DNA of 64,000 bases, taken from a virus. Taxonomy: Duplodnaviria > Caudoviricetes. The stretch covers positions 23 to 64,022 of the IMG/VR virus record IMGVR_UViG_3300022602_003472; one strand, written 5' to 3'. Positions 10,603 to 20,406 of the stretch are shown here, in pieces. How positions within the stretch are numbered: position 1 is the stretch's first letter; each line of letters opens with the position of its first letter. Position numbers and translations under genes: made by a program. The notes under the pieces were generated by a model. The model made no database searches. It saw nothing but the letters and a program-made list of their open reading frames with translations, and was not told where the DNA came from.

Positions 10603-11796
10603 TCAATTCATTACGTCTTGGCGACCAATATGGCTCAGAGGACTGCGGCTACCGTCGGTCACAGGCTCTTCATTGCTGAAGGGATCCTTGTCAAACGCAT
10701 CCCGGGAATTAGCAGTAAGCGGGCTCTCAGATCCAGCATTACTGTTTTCAAGTTCGGCTTCAATGAGATAGCTGGTGTATTCTTCGTTCAACACGTTGAA
10801 CAAGCTATCTGCACGCTCTGCCTGCTCTGCCATCAGCGTGTTATCGCCGATCTTACCAAAACGTTGGTTGATGTGGCGACCTTGGTAAACGTAATCCTTG
10901 ACATCAAGTGGCTCACCTGCTTCTGGATGCTCATCGTGACCGTAGTCGTGATCAGCATTTTCCATAGCAACTTCTTCACAGGTACAAGCACTCTGTGGAT
11001 TACCGCAATGTGAGCAGGTTGGCTCTGCCGATACACCGTATGGCATACCAGCTTTGGGTGCTGAGACCACAACTTCTGCCGGAGCACTGCTGCGTCCAAT
11101 ACCGCTCATGGCCAGCAAGCGTTCAAGTGTTTCAAAATCTTCGTCAGTGGCTGTGACTGTCATGCTCTTGTGGCTACCTTGATCATCCATGGTTTGATTC
11201 ATAACGATGTTTAGGCTTTCGCGCAACTGCTTCTGGCTCTCGTTATATGCGTATACATAACCAACTTCGCTAGGACCGTTATTGGTAGCGCCGATTGGCG
11301 TGAATGGTATTGGACCCAGAGGAGCATCTTCTTCCATGGTGGCCGACCAGCACTCTTCCATGCCATGCACTGGGCACATCTCGCCCTCAGCGGTCATGTT
11401 GCACTCGCCTTCTTCCATGTTCTCATGCATCTCGTCATGCTCAATCTCATCAGCCACTTTGTGACCAGCACGCTCTGCCTTGTCGTCCTCGCTGTCGCGC
11501 TCGTGACCGTGAATATGATCCTTGTGCTTTTCATCGTATTCAATGTCATGTGCAACTTTGCGGCCAGCCTTTTCAGCCCGTTCATCGCGTTCATGATCTG
11601 ATTCTTCATCCATCATCTCACCGCGACTGTCTTCCATCTGTATGGTGCCTTGATAACCAGCACACTCTTCCATGCCGTGCACAGGGCACAGCTCGCCCTC
11701 TGCAGTCATGTTGCATTCTTCTGCTTCGAAAACACTGTCTCTGCGTCCCAAGGACTCTATAGCCCTAAGCTTTCCCAATATGCCATGGAAATCCAT
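10603..11796 (-). CDS. Acidic, Cys/His-repeat hypothetical protein (probable internal head protein)
   Basis: 397 aa; two ECNMTAEGE(L/M)CPVHGMEEC repeats, two AE(K/R)AG(R/H)KVA repeats and CSHCGNPQSACTC. Confidence 0.75.
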   Translation of the reverse strand: MDFHGILGKLRAIESLGRRDSVFEAEECNMTAEGELCPVHGMEECAGYQGTIQMEDSRGEMMDEESDHERDERAEKAGRKVAHDIEYDEKHKDHIHGHERDSEDDKAERAGHKVADEIEHDEMHENMEEGECNMTAEGEMCPVHGMEECWSATMEEDAPLGPIPFTPIGATNNGPSEVGYVYAYNESQKQLRESLNIVMNQTMDDQGSHKSMTVTATDEDFETLERLLAMSGIGRSSAPAEVVVSAPKAGMPYGVSAEPTCSHCGNPQSACTCEEVAMENADHDYGHDEHPEAGEPLDVKDYVYQGRHINQRFGKIGDNTLMAEQAERADSLFNVLNEEYTSYLIEAELENSNAGSESPLTANSRDAFDKDPFSNEEPVTDGSRSPLSHIGRQDVMN

Positions 11797-11801
11797 TGGT
11801 A

Positions 11802-12626
11802 TTATCCCTTCTTCACGAATTCTGGTTTATTGGGAGTCTTTGGCGCTCCCATGTTCACTCTCTTGCCGTCGCGGTCCTTGTAAAACCTGTACATTATCTG
11901 TGCACCATCGTCAAAGTTACCCTCTGGACCGAGGCCGCTGCGAGGCGTTGGATCAACAACATTGTTGCTAGATGGCTTGTACACTGGTTTAGGCGTGTCG
12001 TATCTGGCATTGAAATCAGCCATGTCCTGCACTGGTTCATGCGGCGCAACCTTGCGCATCTCTAACCAGCTAAACAGCGGTTGGCTAGAATCAACCTCAT
12101 CGCTTGGCCGTGTTGCCTTGATTCCAGCAAGATAATCCAAGAAACGTTTGTTATAAGCATCACCGTATATGTCGGTAACGATTGGCTGTTCTATATCCTG
12201 GTACATGCGATCAGTGCTAAGGCGTCCCATGCTTATGAGATCTTTGTCCTTGGCAATGGTTTGGAAACCACGATCAGTCATGAAGTCATCTGTATATTCT
12301 TCAACTGGCTCTGTAGCAGTGCGAACCACGATGTTCTTTTCTGGAACGTTTAGAACATCCCGCAGACCTTCCATGGTAATGTAGCTGCTCAGCGGCATGG
12401 TGGTAACAAAACTGATCTGCCAGATCTGAACATTCTGTTGATCAACGAAATCTAATTTGTCATCCTTGAGCCACACAGGCTGAGTCATTTCTACCAGACC
12501 AAACTGACTGAGATAAAGTTCTGCCGCATCCAGCTGTTCATCGCTGGGTTCTGCTGCTAGCTTGATCACATACCCGTATTCTCGAGTGCTTTCAGCGAGG
12601 TATTCTCTGAACGACTTCATGGCCAT
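11802..12626 (-). CDS. Hypothetical protein (probable head-associated)
   Basis: 274 aa; N-terminus MKSFREYLAES resembles T4-type head-protein propeptides; TAAATA upstream. Confidence 0.7.
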   Translation of the reverse strand: MAMKSFREYLAESTREYGYVIKLAAEPSDEQLDAAELYLSQFGLVEMTQPVWLKDDKLDFVDQQNVQIWQISFVTTMPLSSYITMEGLRDVLNVPEKNIVVRTATEPVEEYTDDFMTDRGFQTIAKDKDLISMGRLSTDRMYQDIEQPIVTDIYGDAYNKRFLDYLAGIKATRPSDEVDSSQPLFSWLEMRKVAPHEPVQDMADFNARYDTPKPVYKPSSNNVVDPTPRSGLGPEGNFDDGAQIMYRFYKDRDGKRVNMGAPKTPNKPEFVKKG

Positions 12627-12644
12627 AGATGCTCCAATGTGATG

Positions 12645-13145
12645 TTATTTAGCGTCTGTTTCGATTTCGCTAAGCTGTTTCAACAGTTCGTTGCGGTCCA
12701 TCATGGTTGCTTTCACATCAAGCGGTTCTTTATCGCTGCTCTTGGTAGCACGATCTAGCTTGAGCTTGTCTAGCTGTAACTTCAGCATCTTTAGCTTCTT
12801 GTCAACCTTCGCATTCTTAGCATCTACTGCTATCTTCAGCATCTGGCTGCTGCTGCTGAATATCTCACCAGCGTGACGTATCTCCACATTCATGCCCAGA
12901 TCCTGCAGATCCATGTGTGCCTTGATGGCAAGATCTGCCAGATGGTCCATCTCCACATCGTGTTCATCTTTGCCGCGCGCTGTGGACAGTTGCTTGTCAA
13001 TGTCATTGGCCAGTGCTAGTGCTGCATGTATGTCTGCATCACTCGGCGAGTCTATGGCTGCAGTATCCTCTGCGGTGTCATCAAGATCCTCAACAGATTC
13101 TATATCAAATGTGTCTTCAAGTGTCTTGAACCTATTGGCCATCAA
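12645..13145 (-). CDS. Putative terminase small subunit (gp16-like)
   Basis: 166 aa helical protein (DLQDLGMNVEIRHAGEIF...MLKIAVDAK...DRNELLKQL) in the packaging region; call rests on size, pattern and context. Confidence 0.5.
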   Translation of the reverse strand: MMANRFKTLEDTFDIESVEDLDDTAEDTAAIDSPSDADIHAALALANDIDKQLSTARGKDEHDVEMDHLADLAIKAHMDLQDLGMNVEIRHAGEIFSSSSQMLKIAVDAKNAKVDKKLKMLKLQLDKLKLDRATKSSDKEPLDVKATMMDRNELLKQLSEIETDAK

Positions 13146-13582
13146 CGTTTCCTCTTGGGCTTTGTGATATATATGTCATTTTCTGTTAAAATTCTGAAAA
13201 TCATGCCGTGCTTCTTGCAGTAACTCATTGCTGCCGCCCATTTAGCAGTGTTTAATATAAGGCTTACCTTGTCGCGCTTGCTTTTGGCATTCTCTACCAT
13301 GGCTTCTTTGGCAGGTTTGACCTCCACCACTTCTGCTCTGCGCTTGCCATTCTTGTCCTGGTACAGTACCATGAAGTCTGGCACGTATTGGCTGGGCTTT
13401 CCTGTGAGCGGATTTATATACGGTATCCTTATGCTCTCACTGGCCCACTGTATCACGCTTGGATGAGTGTCAAGGAAATTCATAACTGTGAGTTCCCAGC
13501 TACTGCGGAACACCACCTCCTGCTTGCCTATCAACTTGGCAGGATTCTTAGGGATAAATCGACCTTGGCTGTATTTGGTCAT
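13142..13582 (-). CDS. gp4: Head completion nuclease (T4 gp4-like, TnsA-type endonuclease)
   Basis: FRSSWE...WASESIRIPY...YVPDF...VEVKP...KWAAA...FRILTE. Confidence 0.9.
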   Translation of the reverse strand: MTKYSQGRFIPKNPAKLIGKQEVVFRSSWELTVMNFLDTHPSVIQWASESIRIPYINPLTGKPSQYVPDFMVLYQDKNGKRRAEVVEVKPAKEAMVENAKSKRDKVSLILNTAKWAAAMSYCKKHGMIFRILTENDIYITKPKRKR

Positions 13583-14061
13583 AAACCTGTGAACGCTGCT
13601 GCTATGGTAGGACCAAGCGTGGGATTTTTAGTCCAAACTGGATTGGGATTTATGCCAACGTATCCAACCTGGCTAGTAGGCAATCGTATGCTGTTTATAG
13701 TAGACATAAAGTCGTTAAGCAAAACGCCTTTATGAAATAGATTAGTTATAGGTTGTCCTGTTTGGCCAGCATAGTATGTGGCCATGTTAGCTAGAACCTG
13801 TATCAGTTCATCTGGCACACCAGGGCCACCAAACACACCAAGCGCCAATTGATAGGCATTGGTGTTCATGTTTGTCACATATCGAGCGGGAGACTGAGAT
13901 ATAGCGTAATTGGTATAATCATTGCTAGCTGGTAAAGGTTGGCCTTTGCTATCAGCCCACTGATATGAGCCTCCCTGATTGGTAGCTTGTAGCTGCCCAC
14001 TTTGTATGGCTAGCTGTTTGCGTATGTTGCTTTGGATGATGTCTTTAGGGCCGCTCATCAA
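13579..14061 (-). CDS. Hypothetical virion protein
   Basis: 160 aa ORF overlapping both neighbours in the structural operon. Confidence 0.65.
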   Translation of the reverse strand: MMSGPKDIIQSNIRKQLAIQSGQLQATNQGGSYQWADSKGQPLPASNDYTNYAISQSPARYVTNMNTNAYQLALGVFGGPGVPDELIQVLANMATYYAGQTGQPITNLFHKGVLLNDFMSTINSIRLPTSQVGYVGINPNPVWTKNPTLGPTIAAAFTGL

Positions 14062-15740
14062 CTCTCTCCGCTGTTAAAGTTTTCATTTTCATACGGATAA
14101 ACCACAGGCGGCGGATAATTGTCTTCTAAACTACCACCATACACCGAGGGATTATCCAGATAAGCAAAACCAGAAACAGTGTTGTGGCTTAGAGCAGCTG
14201 CAGTTGAAAGGCTGATACCAAATCCAGGACTAGGTGCTGGTTGATAATATGATTGATTGTATCCAGTGTATCCGCCGTAGTTATCATACTCTGGTTGTCC
14301 AAGTGTCACAGTTAAACTGACATCGCCTTGCTGAACCCTGCGTCTAGCATATTGTACCTGTTGGTATTGAGTGAGATAGGTCGGGCCGTCTGATCCATAG
14401 TAAGTGTTTTCTGCAGTGTGGTAACCTATGGTCAAGTTTGGTATACGCTGGCCAGGTCGCACGATCGGCTGCCCCCTTAGCTGTGCTGTATCATTTGGTA
14501 CACCTGGTCTATAGCTTATCTGTCCAGTCAACGGATCATAGCTACCTGTGTAATTACTGCCCACAGCCGTCCTAACTCGGCCGCCGCCAAAATTAAAAGC
14601 TCCAAATGACCCAAGTAGATTATACAAACCAAATGCGCTTACTGGAACAAATTCATCGCTGGATTCCAATGGCAGATATTGATTTGAATATGGCAATTGC
14701 CCGCCTGGTAATCCAGTCAATCCAAAGTTTTCTGGCACTGGTTCATCGCTAGGATTACCTCCTATACCCTGCGACGCAAAAACTGTATCCGTAGCACCAG
14801 AAGCAGCGGAGTATGATTGTTGCCCTGCGGCAGCATTTACCAAAGACCCACTTGGTTCATAGTTGGCATAGTTGCTTACCAAGGTGTTGAGGGCAGATTG
14901 AGACAGTCCAGTTGACGAAGACACTCCGGCCACAGGACTGGTGATGTTAGGCCTGCTAGAAGACAGGACTTGAGGACTTATGCCGCCAGTCAAGTCAGTG
15001 GGAGGAAAAGAAATGCTTGACTCTGGTGTAAAAGACGGCTCAATATACGGCGATGCATCAAATCCAAATTGCCTAGCTAGACTTGGAGTGATCTTGCCAG
15101 CGCTGTACTGCAGGGTTTCGTAACTCAGGGTCATACGAAAATCTTCTAAATCGCTGCTGGACGTGTCATGGTTGCCCCAATCTATGCTGCTTACTTTGGG
15201 ATTAAGATAACTCACTAGAGTGTATTCACGATTGTACATGGCATATACGTTCAGTTTGGTAAAGAATTGAACCTGGTTCACCAATGGTCTCAAACCCCAA
15301 CCTGTGCTGTCATCGAATGTTGGATCAACTGGACTGGTACCCATGGTCATGCTGGATTTTGCTCTAGCGTCGCCAAAGTAATAGTTGAAATATTCAACCC
15401 ACATTGCCAGTGGATCATTATCCACTGTATCATAGATAGAAAGGGTTACCGGTTTGTATTCAGTCTTGGCATATGCGTAGCGCTTGCGATTATATTGGTT
15501 CAGCTCACGCTGTGTAAGATCAACATTGGGTTTATCAACCGTACGAATCTTAAAACTAACCCCACCCTGCCAGTTGCTCATGCGATAAAGATTAGAAAAC
15601 ATGCTCAGCGCTTCTGAACTAACCACAAAATTGGCATAGAACATGTATTTGACCCTGGGGATCGCATACATGGTCTGCCCAGGATTATTGGCTCCAAAAA
15701 ATACGCTTGCGTAGGATGTGTTCTGTAAAATCTTAGCCAT
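14058..15740 (-). CDS. Tail-tube-fold baseplate/tube initiator protein (gp48/gp54-like) with long low-complexity C-terminal extension
   Basis: N-terminus TVDKPNVDL...NQYNRKRY...YKPVTLSIYDT...LNPKVSSIDW...MTLSYE resembles the tube fold; adjacent to gp19. Confidence 0.6.
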   Translation of the reverse strand: MAKILQNTSYASVFFGANNPGQTMYAIPRVKYMFYANFVVSSEALSMFSNLYRMSNWQGGVSFKIRTVDKPNVDLTQRELNQYNRKRYAYAKTEYKPVTLSIYDTVDNDPLAMWVEYFNYYFGDARAKSSMTMGTSPVDPTFDDSTGWGLRPLVNQVQFFTKLNVYAMYNREYTLVSYLNPKVSSIDWGNHDTSSSDLEDFRMTLSYETLQYSAGKITPSLARQFGFDASPYIEPSFTPESSISFPPTDLTGGISPQVLSSSRPNITSPVAGVSSSTGLSQSALNTLVSNYANYEPSGSLVNAAAGQQSYSAASGATDTVFASQGIGGNPSDEPVPENFGLTGLPGGQLPYSNQYLPLESSDEFVPVSAFGLYNLLGSFGAFNFGGGRVRTAVGSNYTGSYDPLTGQISYRPGVPNDTAQLRGQPIVRPGQRIPNLTIGYHTAENTYYGSDGPTYLTQYQQVQYARRRVQQGDVSLTVTLGQPEYDNYGGYTGYNQSYYQPAPSPGFGISLSTAAALSHNTVSGFAYLDNPSVYGGSLEDNYPPPVVYPYENENFNSGES

Positions 15741-15758
15741 GCAGATATTTAGCCATGC

Positions 15759-15791
15759 AAAAACCGTTGGTTTTTAGGCCAACGGCTTTTT
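15759..15791. terminator. Intrinsic terminator downstream of the tail tube gene
   Basis: AAAAA-CCGTTGG-N8-CCAACGG-CTTTTT. Confidence 0.7.
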
Positions 15792-15804
15792 AAAAATCTG
15801 ACTA

Positions 15805-16401
15805 TTAACCTGCTTGCGGACCAAATCCAGTTTCTACTGGGCGCGTGGTCATGATATCTGCATCCTGCGTTGCGTTATCATAACGGATGGTCAGTGTGAT
15901 CATCATCGATTCGCTGTTGCTGTAATCAAACTGATCGTAGGCCACTGTTTCTAGATAGCAGCCTTCGAGGTACCAGTTTTCAAGCACGCCGTCATTGGAG
16001 CCATCTAGGGTTTCAATCTGAGTATTGAACTTGTAGTTGATACCAGCCAGGAAAGAAGTCTGGTTAAAGTGGTTCATCTGTTTCTGTAGCTGATATGCTA
16101 CCAGCGTGCTCACGCTGCTGTTAACATCGTCGCGCACTGTGATTTCTATGTTTTGCCATTCTGGCTTTTGAGCCACGTACATGATGTTATTGTAGCTGTG
16201 TATTGGTGTGCTGTTATGCTGTATGCTAGGACGACCTGCGGTGGCTACCTGAACCGTGAGTTGCGTAGCTGCGCCCGGTGGTCCAAAGCTCTGCATGCTC
16301 ACCCTGAAGCGATATTTCAGCTTCGGCATGAGGATGCCATTGCCACTGACGCCCGGAACTAATGGGACGCCAAACTGGCTGAGTGTTGGTTGGAAAGCCA
16401 T
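15805..16401 (-). CDS. gp19: Tail tube protein (gp19-like)
   Basis: PKLKYRFRV...KPEWQNIEITVRDD...ENWYLEGCYL...ITLTIRYDNA; late promoter upstream. Confidence 0.85.
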   Translation of the reverse strand: MAFQPTLSQFGVPLVPGVSGNGILMPKLKYRFRVSMQSFGPPGAATQLTVQVATAGRPSIQHNSTPIHSYNNIMYVAQKPEWQNIEITVRDDVNSSVSTLVAYQLQKQMNHFNQTSFLAGINYKFNTQIETLDGSNDGVLENWYLEGCYLETVAYDQFDYSNSESMMITLTIRYDNATQDADIMTTRPVETGFGPQAG

Positions 16402-16499
16402 GTTCTAATCTCCTGTCTTGCAGATTATTTATGCCGGACCGGTACAGAAAAAATTACCAAGTAGATTGCTGCAGATGTCGCGATCTGGTAAATTATTGA

Positions 16500-17258
16500 A
16501 TGACATCAAGATTCATTCCAGACAGCTACGCGCTGCTTGTATTGCAGGTCACAGCTCATGTTGGATTAGTTGTCCAGCTACTGTACGGTCATTGGTATCA
16601 TTGGATAGTCACAGCTATCGTATATTTCATGACAGGATGCTGTGGCATGACCATGACGTTTCACAGATTGCTCAGTCATCGCAGCTGGCGTGCACCTCGG
16701 TGGTTCGAGATATTTGGCACGCTCTGTGGTACCTATGGATTGACTGGTAGCAGTGTAGGCTGGGTATCTGTGCACCGAGAACACCATCATCACACTGACA
16801 CTGATCTTGATCCGCACGGTCCAAAACACAAGGGATTTGCCAAAGTGCAATGGTTCAGCATGTTTGAACGTCCTAATCCCAGATACAGTCTACATTTGAT
16901 ACGAGATCAATTCCATTTATGGCTGCACAGACATTACATCATTCTGCATCTGTGTATATTTGTCTCATTAACGTTGATTAACCCCTGGTTATTGTTGTGT
17001 GCATATCTAACGCCTGCAGCCTTGCTATGGAATGCTGGATCATTTATTAACACGCTGACACATATGATAGGATATCGAAATCATCAGACGTCAGATGACA
17101 GCACTAACATCTGGTGGTTAGGCTATCTGATGTGGGGCGAAGGGTGGCATAACAATCATCATAACAGCCCAGGACGATCACAGTTTGGAGAGAAGTGGTG
17201 GGAGTTTGACCTCGGTGGTTGGTTGATCGCAAAGATAGATACATCGGTTAGATCTTGA
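16500..17258 (+). CDS. Membrane fatty acid desaturase (delta-9/acyl-CoA type)
   Basis: Three His boxes HRLLSH, HREHHHH and GEGWHNNHH, plus hydrophobic segments and WWEFD. Confidence 0.92.
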   Translation: MTSRFIPDSYALLVLQVTAHVGLVVQLLYGHWYHWIVTAIVYFMTGCCGMTMTFHRLLSHRSWRAPRWFEIFGTLCGTYGLTGSSVGWVSVHREHHHHTDTDLDPHGPKHKGFAKVQWFSMFERPNPRYSLHLIRDQFHLWLHRHYIILHLCIFVSLTLINPWLLLCAYLTPAALLWNAGSFINTLTHMIGYRNHQTSDDSTNIWWLGYLMWGEGWHNNHHNSPGRSQFGEKWWEFDLGGWLIAKIDTSVRS

Positions 17259-17304
17259 TCCCAGAGATTGTTTGAATTATAATTAATACTAGAGGATACA
17301 TCTC

Positions 17305-17928
17305 ATGGACAAGACCTTATCTAAACACTCGTTGCCTAGCATTGCTAATCTAAATCTCACTATCGATATCAAACGCTTGCAAGATGAATGTGATCGTTTA
17401 GCTGAGAAGTTTGTAGATGTGCGCACAGCCAATCCAATGTTATGCGATAATCATATGGACCTAGTAGCAGACGTTTACGATAATTTTGAACAGATAAATC
17501 TAACTACGCCAACCGTGATACTGCCCTATGAAGCCAGCATCAAGGAGAGATTGCGCCGGCGCGAGGAACATCTTTACAACATTCCAACTAGTGATTACCT
17601 CGATAGTTACTTCCAAACAATCGTCACGCAGTGTAAATCAACAGCAAGCCGGATAAGGATTACCAAGCTAGCTGCAGGCAAAACCATACCGTTTCATGTT
17701 GATTATGATGTCAGCTATGCAGTAAGATGCATAATACCAATCTACGGCGACAGGGATGTGGTGAATCTATTTCGCAGAGATAACCAGTTAGAAGCCTACA
17801 ATCTTGATATAGGTAATGCATACTTCCTCAACATTGGCTATCCACATGCTGTGATCAACATGAGCAAGAAACCAAGGATAGCCTTGATGTTTAGTCTAGA
17901 TGGCACTGCGGATATCGCAAATCTATGA
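17305..17928 (+). CDS. Fe(II)/2OG-dependent oxygenase (Asp/Asn beta-hydroxylase-like cupin)
   Basis: RIRITKLAAG...PFHVDYD...HAVIN...PRIALMF (HxD...H...R). Confidence 0.75.
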   Translation: MDKTLSKHSLPSIANLNLTIDIKRLQDECDRLAEKFVDVRTANPMLCDNHMDLVADVYDNFEQINLTTPTVILPYEASIKERLRRREEHLYNIPTSDYLDSYFQTIVTQCKSTASRIRITKLAAGKTIPFHVDYDVSYAVRCIIPIYGDRDVVNLFRRDNQLEAYNLDIGNAYFLNIGYPHAVINMSKKPRIALMFSLDGTADIANL

Positions 17929-18473
17929 TAGTATTCAGTGATCGAATATTCATACTCATACCAAAAAATGGTTGCTGCAGCATCATGGACCACTACGGTA
18001 TCAATGCATGGACATCGCGCAGAGGCAATGTACATGAAGCGCTATTGTATCTAGATGGCGATTACTGCCATCTGCCTGCAGCAATGGTACCAAGTAGATT
18101 CAGCAGTCTACCAACAGAGGCCATTGTACGCAATCCCTGGGATCGCACAGTGAGCAGATACGTCTATTCAATTCGTACCAAAGGATTGGATATGTCTTTC
18201 TCAGATTTTGTTGACAGTCGATACATTGATCCAAAATATCAAAATGACCCAGGTTATGCCAAATGGGGACCAGTTAGCTGGACACAGCAGGTTGAGTGGC
18301 TTAACAGTGATACCAACGTGCATAAATTTGAGGAATACGATTTCAAATTGCATGTGAATAGGTCGGTATATGATAACCATGCAAGCTATTATGACAAGCG
18401 ACTAAGCAATCTCGTAGGCGATTACTATGCTGATGATATCAAGAGATTTAGGTATAAACCAACGTTTGTATGA
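17925..18473 (+). CDS. Sulfotransferase family 2-like protein
   Basis: FILIPKNGCCSI (5'-PSB-like) and IVRNPWDRTVSRY (3'-PB-like); C-terminal YADDIKRFRY. Confidence 0.7.
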   Translation: MIVFSDRIFILIPKNGCCSIMDHYGINAWTSRRGNVHEALLYLDGDYCHLPAAMVPSRFSSLPTEAIVRNPWDRTVSRYVYSIRTKGLDMSFSDFVDSRYIDPKYQNDPGYAKWGPVSWTQQVEWLNSDTNVHKFEEYDFKLHVNRSVYDNHASYYDKRLSNLVGDYYADDIKRFRYKPTFV

Positions 18474-18491
18474 AATATCGGAATCGCAGAG

Positions 18492-18947
18492 ATGCAATGG
18501 AAGATCTGTCCTGTTGATAACCATGTAAGAGACATACAGCGGTTATTTCGACAGAATACCGACCATAAACATGCTCAGAATTATCTTCTAGATTCACTGT
18601 TGGAACATACGGTGTTTGCACGCATGGCCTTTGATCCACATCTCATATATTATAGTGCAGGCATTGTAAGGCCACAGTATAATGGTTCCATACGTATCAT
18701 GAGCAGGCATACTCGTGATAGGAACTATGATTTTGGTGGTTGGGCTGCGGATATGGCTCGCGGTCTCGAGACGCTTGATGCCAGCACTGCCATGGCCATA
18801 GAGCTGGGTTACAGCAACATCTGGGTCAGCAGGGAGGAGAGCCCCAAGCTGTTGGAATATTTCGGCAAGCACAGCAGATATGCGTGGAATGTCACGCATG
18901 AACAGCTGCACCACGGACAGTACCAATATGTGCTCCGCAAAGCGTAA
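18492..18947 (+). CDS. Hypothetical protein, possibly GNAT-fold
   Basis: 151 aa; IRIMSR...AIELGYSNIWVSRE pattern loosely GNAT-like. Confidence 0.45.
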   Translation: MQWKICPVDNHVRDIQRLFRQNTDHKHAQNYLLDSLLEHTVFARMAFDPHLIYYSAGIVRPQYNGSIRIMSRHTRDRNYDFGGWAADMARGLETLDASTAMAIELGYSNIWVSREESPKLLEYFGKHSRYAWNVTHEQLHHGQYQYVLRKA

Positions 18948-20406
18948 GGTGCTGCTGGCGACCATAAGCTCTGTCTACGAGGACTGGGCACCCTATCCCG
19001 TGGCGTGCCTCATATCACACTGCCTCAAAAATCCGCGCATCACAGCAGCCTATGAGTTCCTCGAACCCGAATATCGCTATCACTGGGATGACGAGGCATT
19101 CAACGACAAGCTGGCCAGCGCTGACATAGTGGGATTGACCTGCTATGTGTGGAACCAAGTGGCCAACGACAGGATAGCGCAGCGTTTCAAGCAGCTCAAT
19201 CCCTTGGGCGTGGTCGTCTATGGCGGTCCTAACGTGCCAGAGGACGACTTGGACAGCTATGTGAGGCCCTATGTGGACCATTACATCACTGGCCCAGGTG
19301 AGGTCAAGTTCGAACGGCTTTTGGATCCCGAAGCTGATTCCGCCTACGCCATACCCACGCCCTACACGGACGGAGTGCTGGACGGCATCATGTCGCGTCC
19401 GGTCAACGTGGCCTTGGAAACCAACCGAGGCTGCCCATATCACTGTGCGTTCTGCGATTGGGGCGGCGTTAGCAGAAGCAAGATTACCCAATTAGAAGAC
19501 AGCAGTGTCTACGCAAATCTTCTACACATCCTCGGCTATAAAGTCAAAAGACTAGAGATGTTAGATGCCAACTATGGCATATTCAAGCGAGATTTAGATT
19601 TCATTGAATTTATCGTTAAGCACAAGCAGCGCAACGACATGCTGCTGACATTCGCAGGATTTACCAAGAACGGCAGCCCTTGGATGGCACCAATAATGAA
19701 CCTAGTTATGGATAACTTCAACGATAAGAAGCGCAATGTAAAGATCAGCCTGCAGACGCTGTCACCCGAAGTGTTGGATACCATTGACAGGAAAAATATC
19801 AAGACCGAGAAACTGTTAGACATCTTGAATGAACTACGAGACGTCAGCGTTAGCAGCGAACTGATCCTAGGGCTGCCAGGTGAGACTGCTGCTTCTTGGA
19901 CAGATACTCTATTCAAGCATCAGGAACTGGGTATAGATTTCGCACGCAGTTATCCGTTGTACATACTCCCTAACACACCGATGGCCAAACAAGAATACAA
20001 AGACAGATATAAGATCAAGACCAAACGTCTAATACTACCAGATGGTGAGACGTTTGAAATGATCTACGAATGTTACAGTTACGATCTAGCAGAAATAAAG
20101 AAGATCTATCTGATTTGGCTGTATTTCAATACATTCTATAATTTTGGACTTGATAAAAACATAACCAAGGACACTCTTGCACAGTTTCTCTTGAATCCGC
20201 CGCCAGAGATGAAGATATACGAAGTAGAAGCAGCGTTAGAAAGAATATTCAAACCAGAGGACACGTATCATTTGGAGAACTATGATTTGAATTTCTTACA
20301 TTATCATCTAGGACGTGGTAAAGAATTGCTCTATATGAAACAAGCAGGATATCCCATCAACAATCCGGACAAGGAACTTCAGAGTCCTTTTGCGGTGTTG
20401 AAATGA
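18928..20406 (+). CDS. Cobalamin-binding radical SAM enzyme (class B methyltransferase-like)
   Basis: N-terminal B12 domain (IVGLTCYVWN...VVYGGPNV...GPGE), ETNRGCPYHCAFCDWG, ELILGLPGET. Start set at ATG 18928, in frame with the 18880 ORF. Confidence 0.9.
   Translation: MCSAKRKVLLATISSVYEDWAPYPVACLISHCLKNPRITAAYEFLEPEYRYHWDDEAFNDKLASADIVGLTCYVWNQVANDRIAQRFKQLNPLGVVVYGGPNVPEDDLDSYVRPYVDHYITGPGEVKFERLLDPEADSAYAIPTPYTDGVLDGIMSRPVNVALETNRGCPYHCAFCDWGGVSRSKITQLEDSSVYANLLHILGYKVKRLEMLDANYGIFKRDLDFIEFIVKHKQRNDMLLTFAGFTKNGSPWMAPIMNLVMDNFNDKKRNVKISLQTLSPEVLDTIDRKNIKTEKLLDILNELRDVSVSSELILGLPGETAASWTDTLFKHQELGIDFARSYPLYILPNTPMAKQEYKDRYKIKTKRLILPDGETFEMIYECYSYDLAEIKKIYLIWLYFNTFYNFGLDKNITKDTLAQFLLNPPPEMKIYEVEAALERIFKPEDTYHLENYDLNFLHYHLGRGKELLYMKQAGYPINNPDKELQSPFAVLK

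Noticed and set aside
15733-15759. Direct repeat TTAGCCATGCA x2
   Set aside because: Only two 11-bp copies around a start codon and promoter; probably a chance or local duplication with no evident function.
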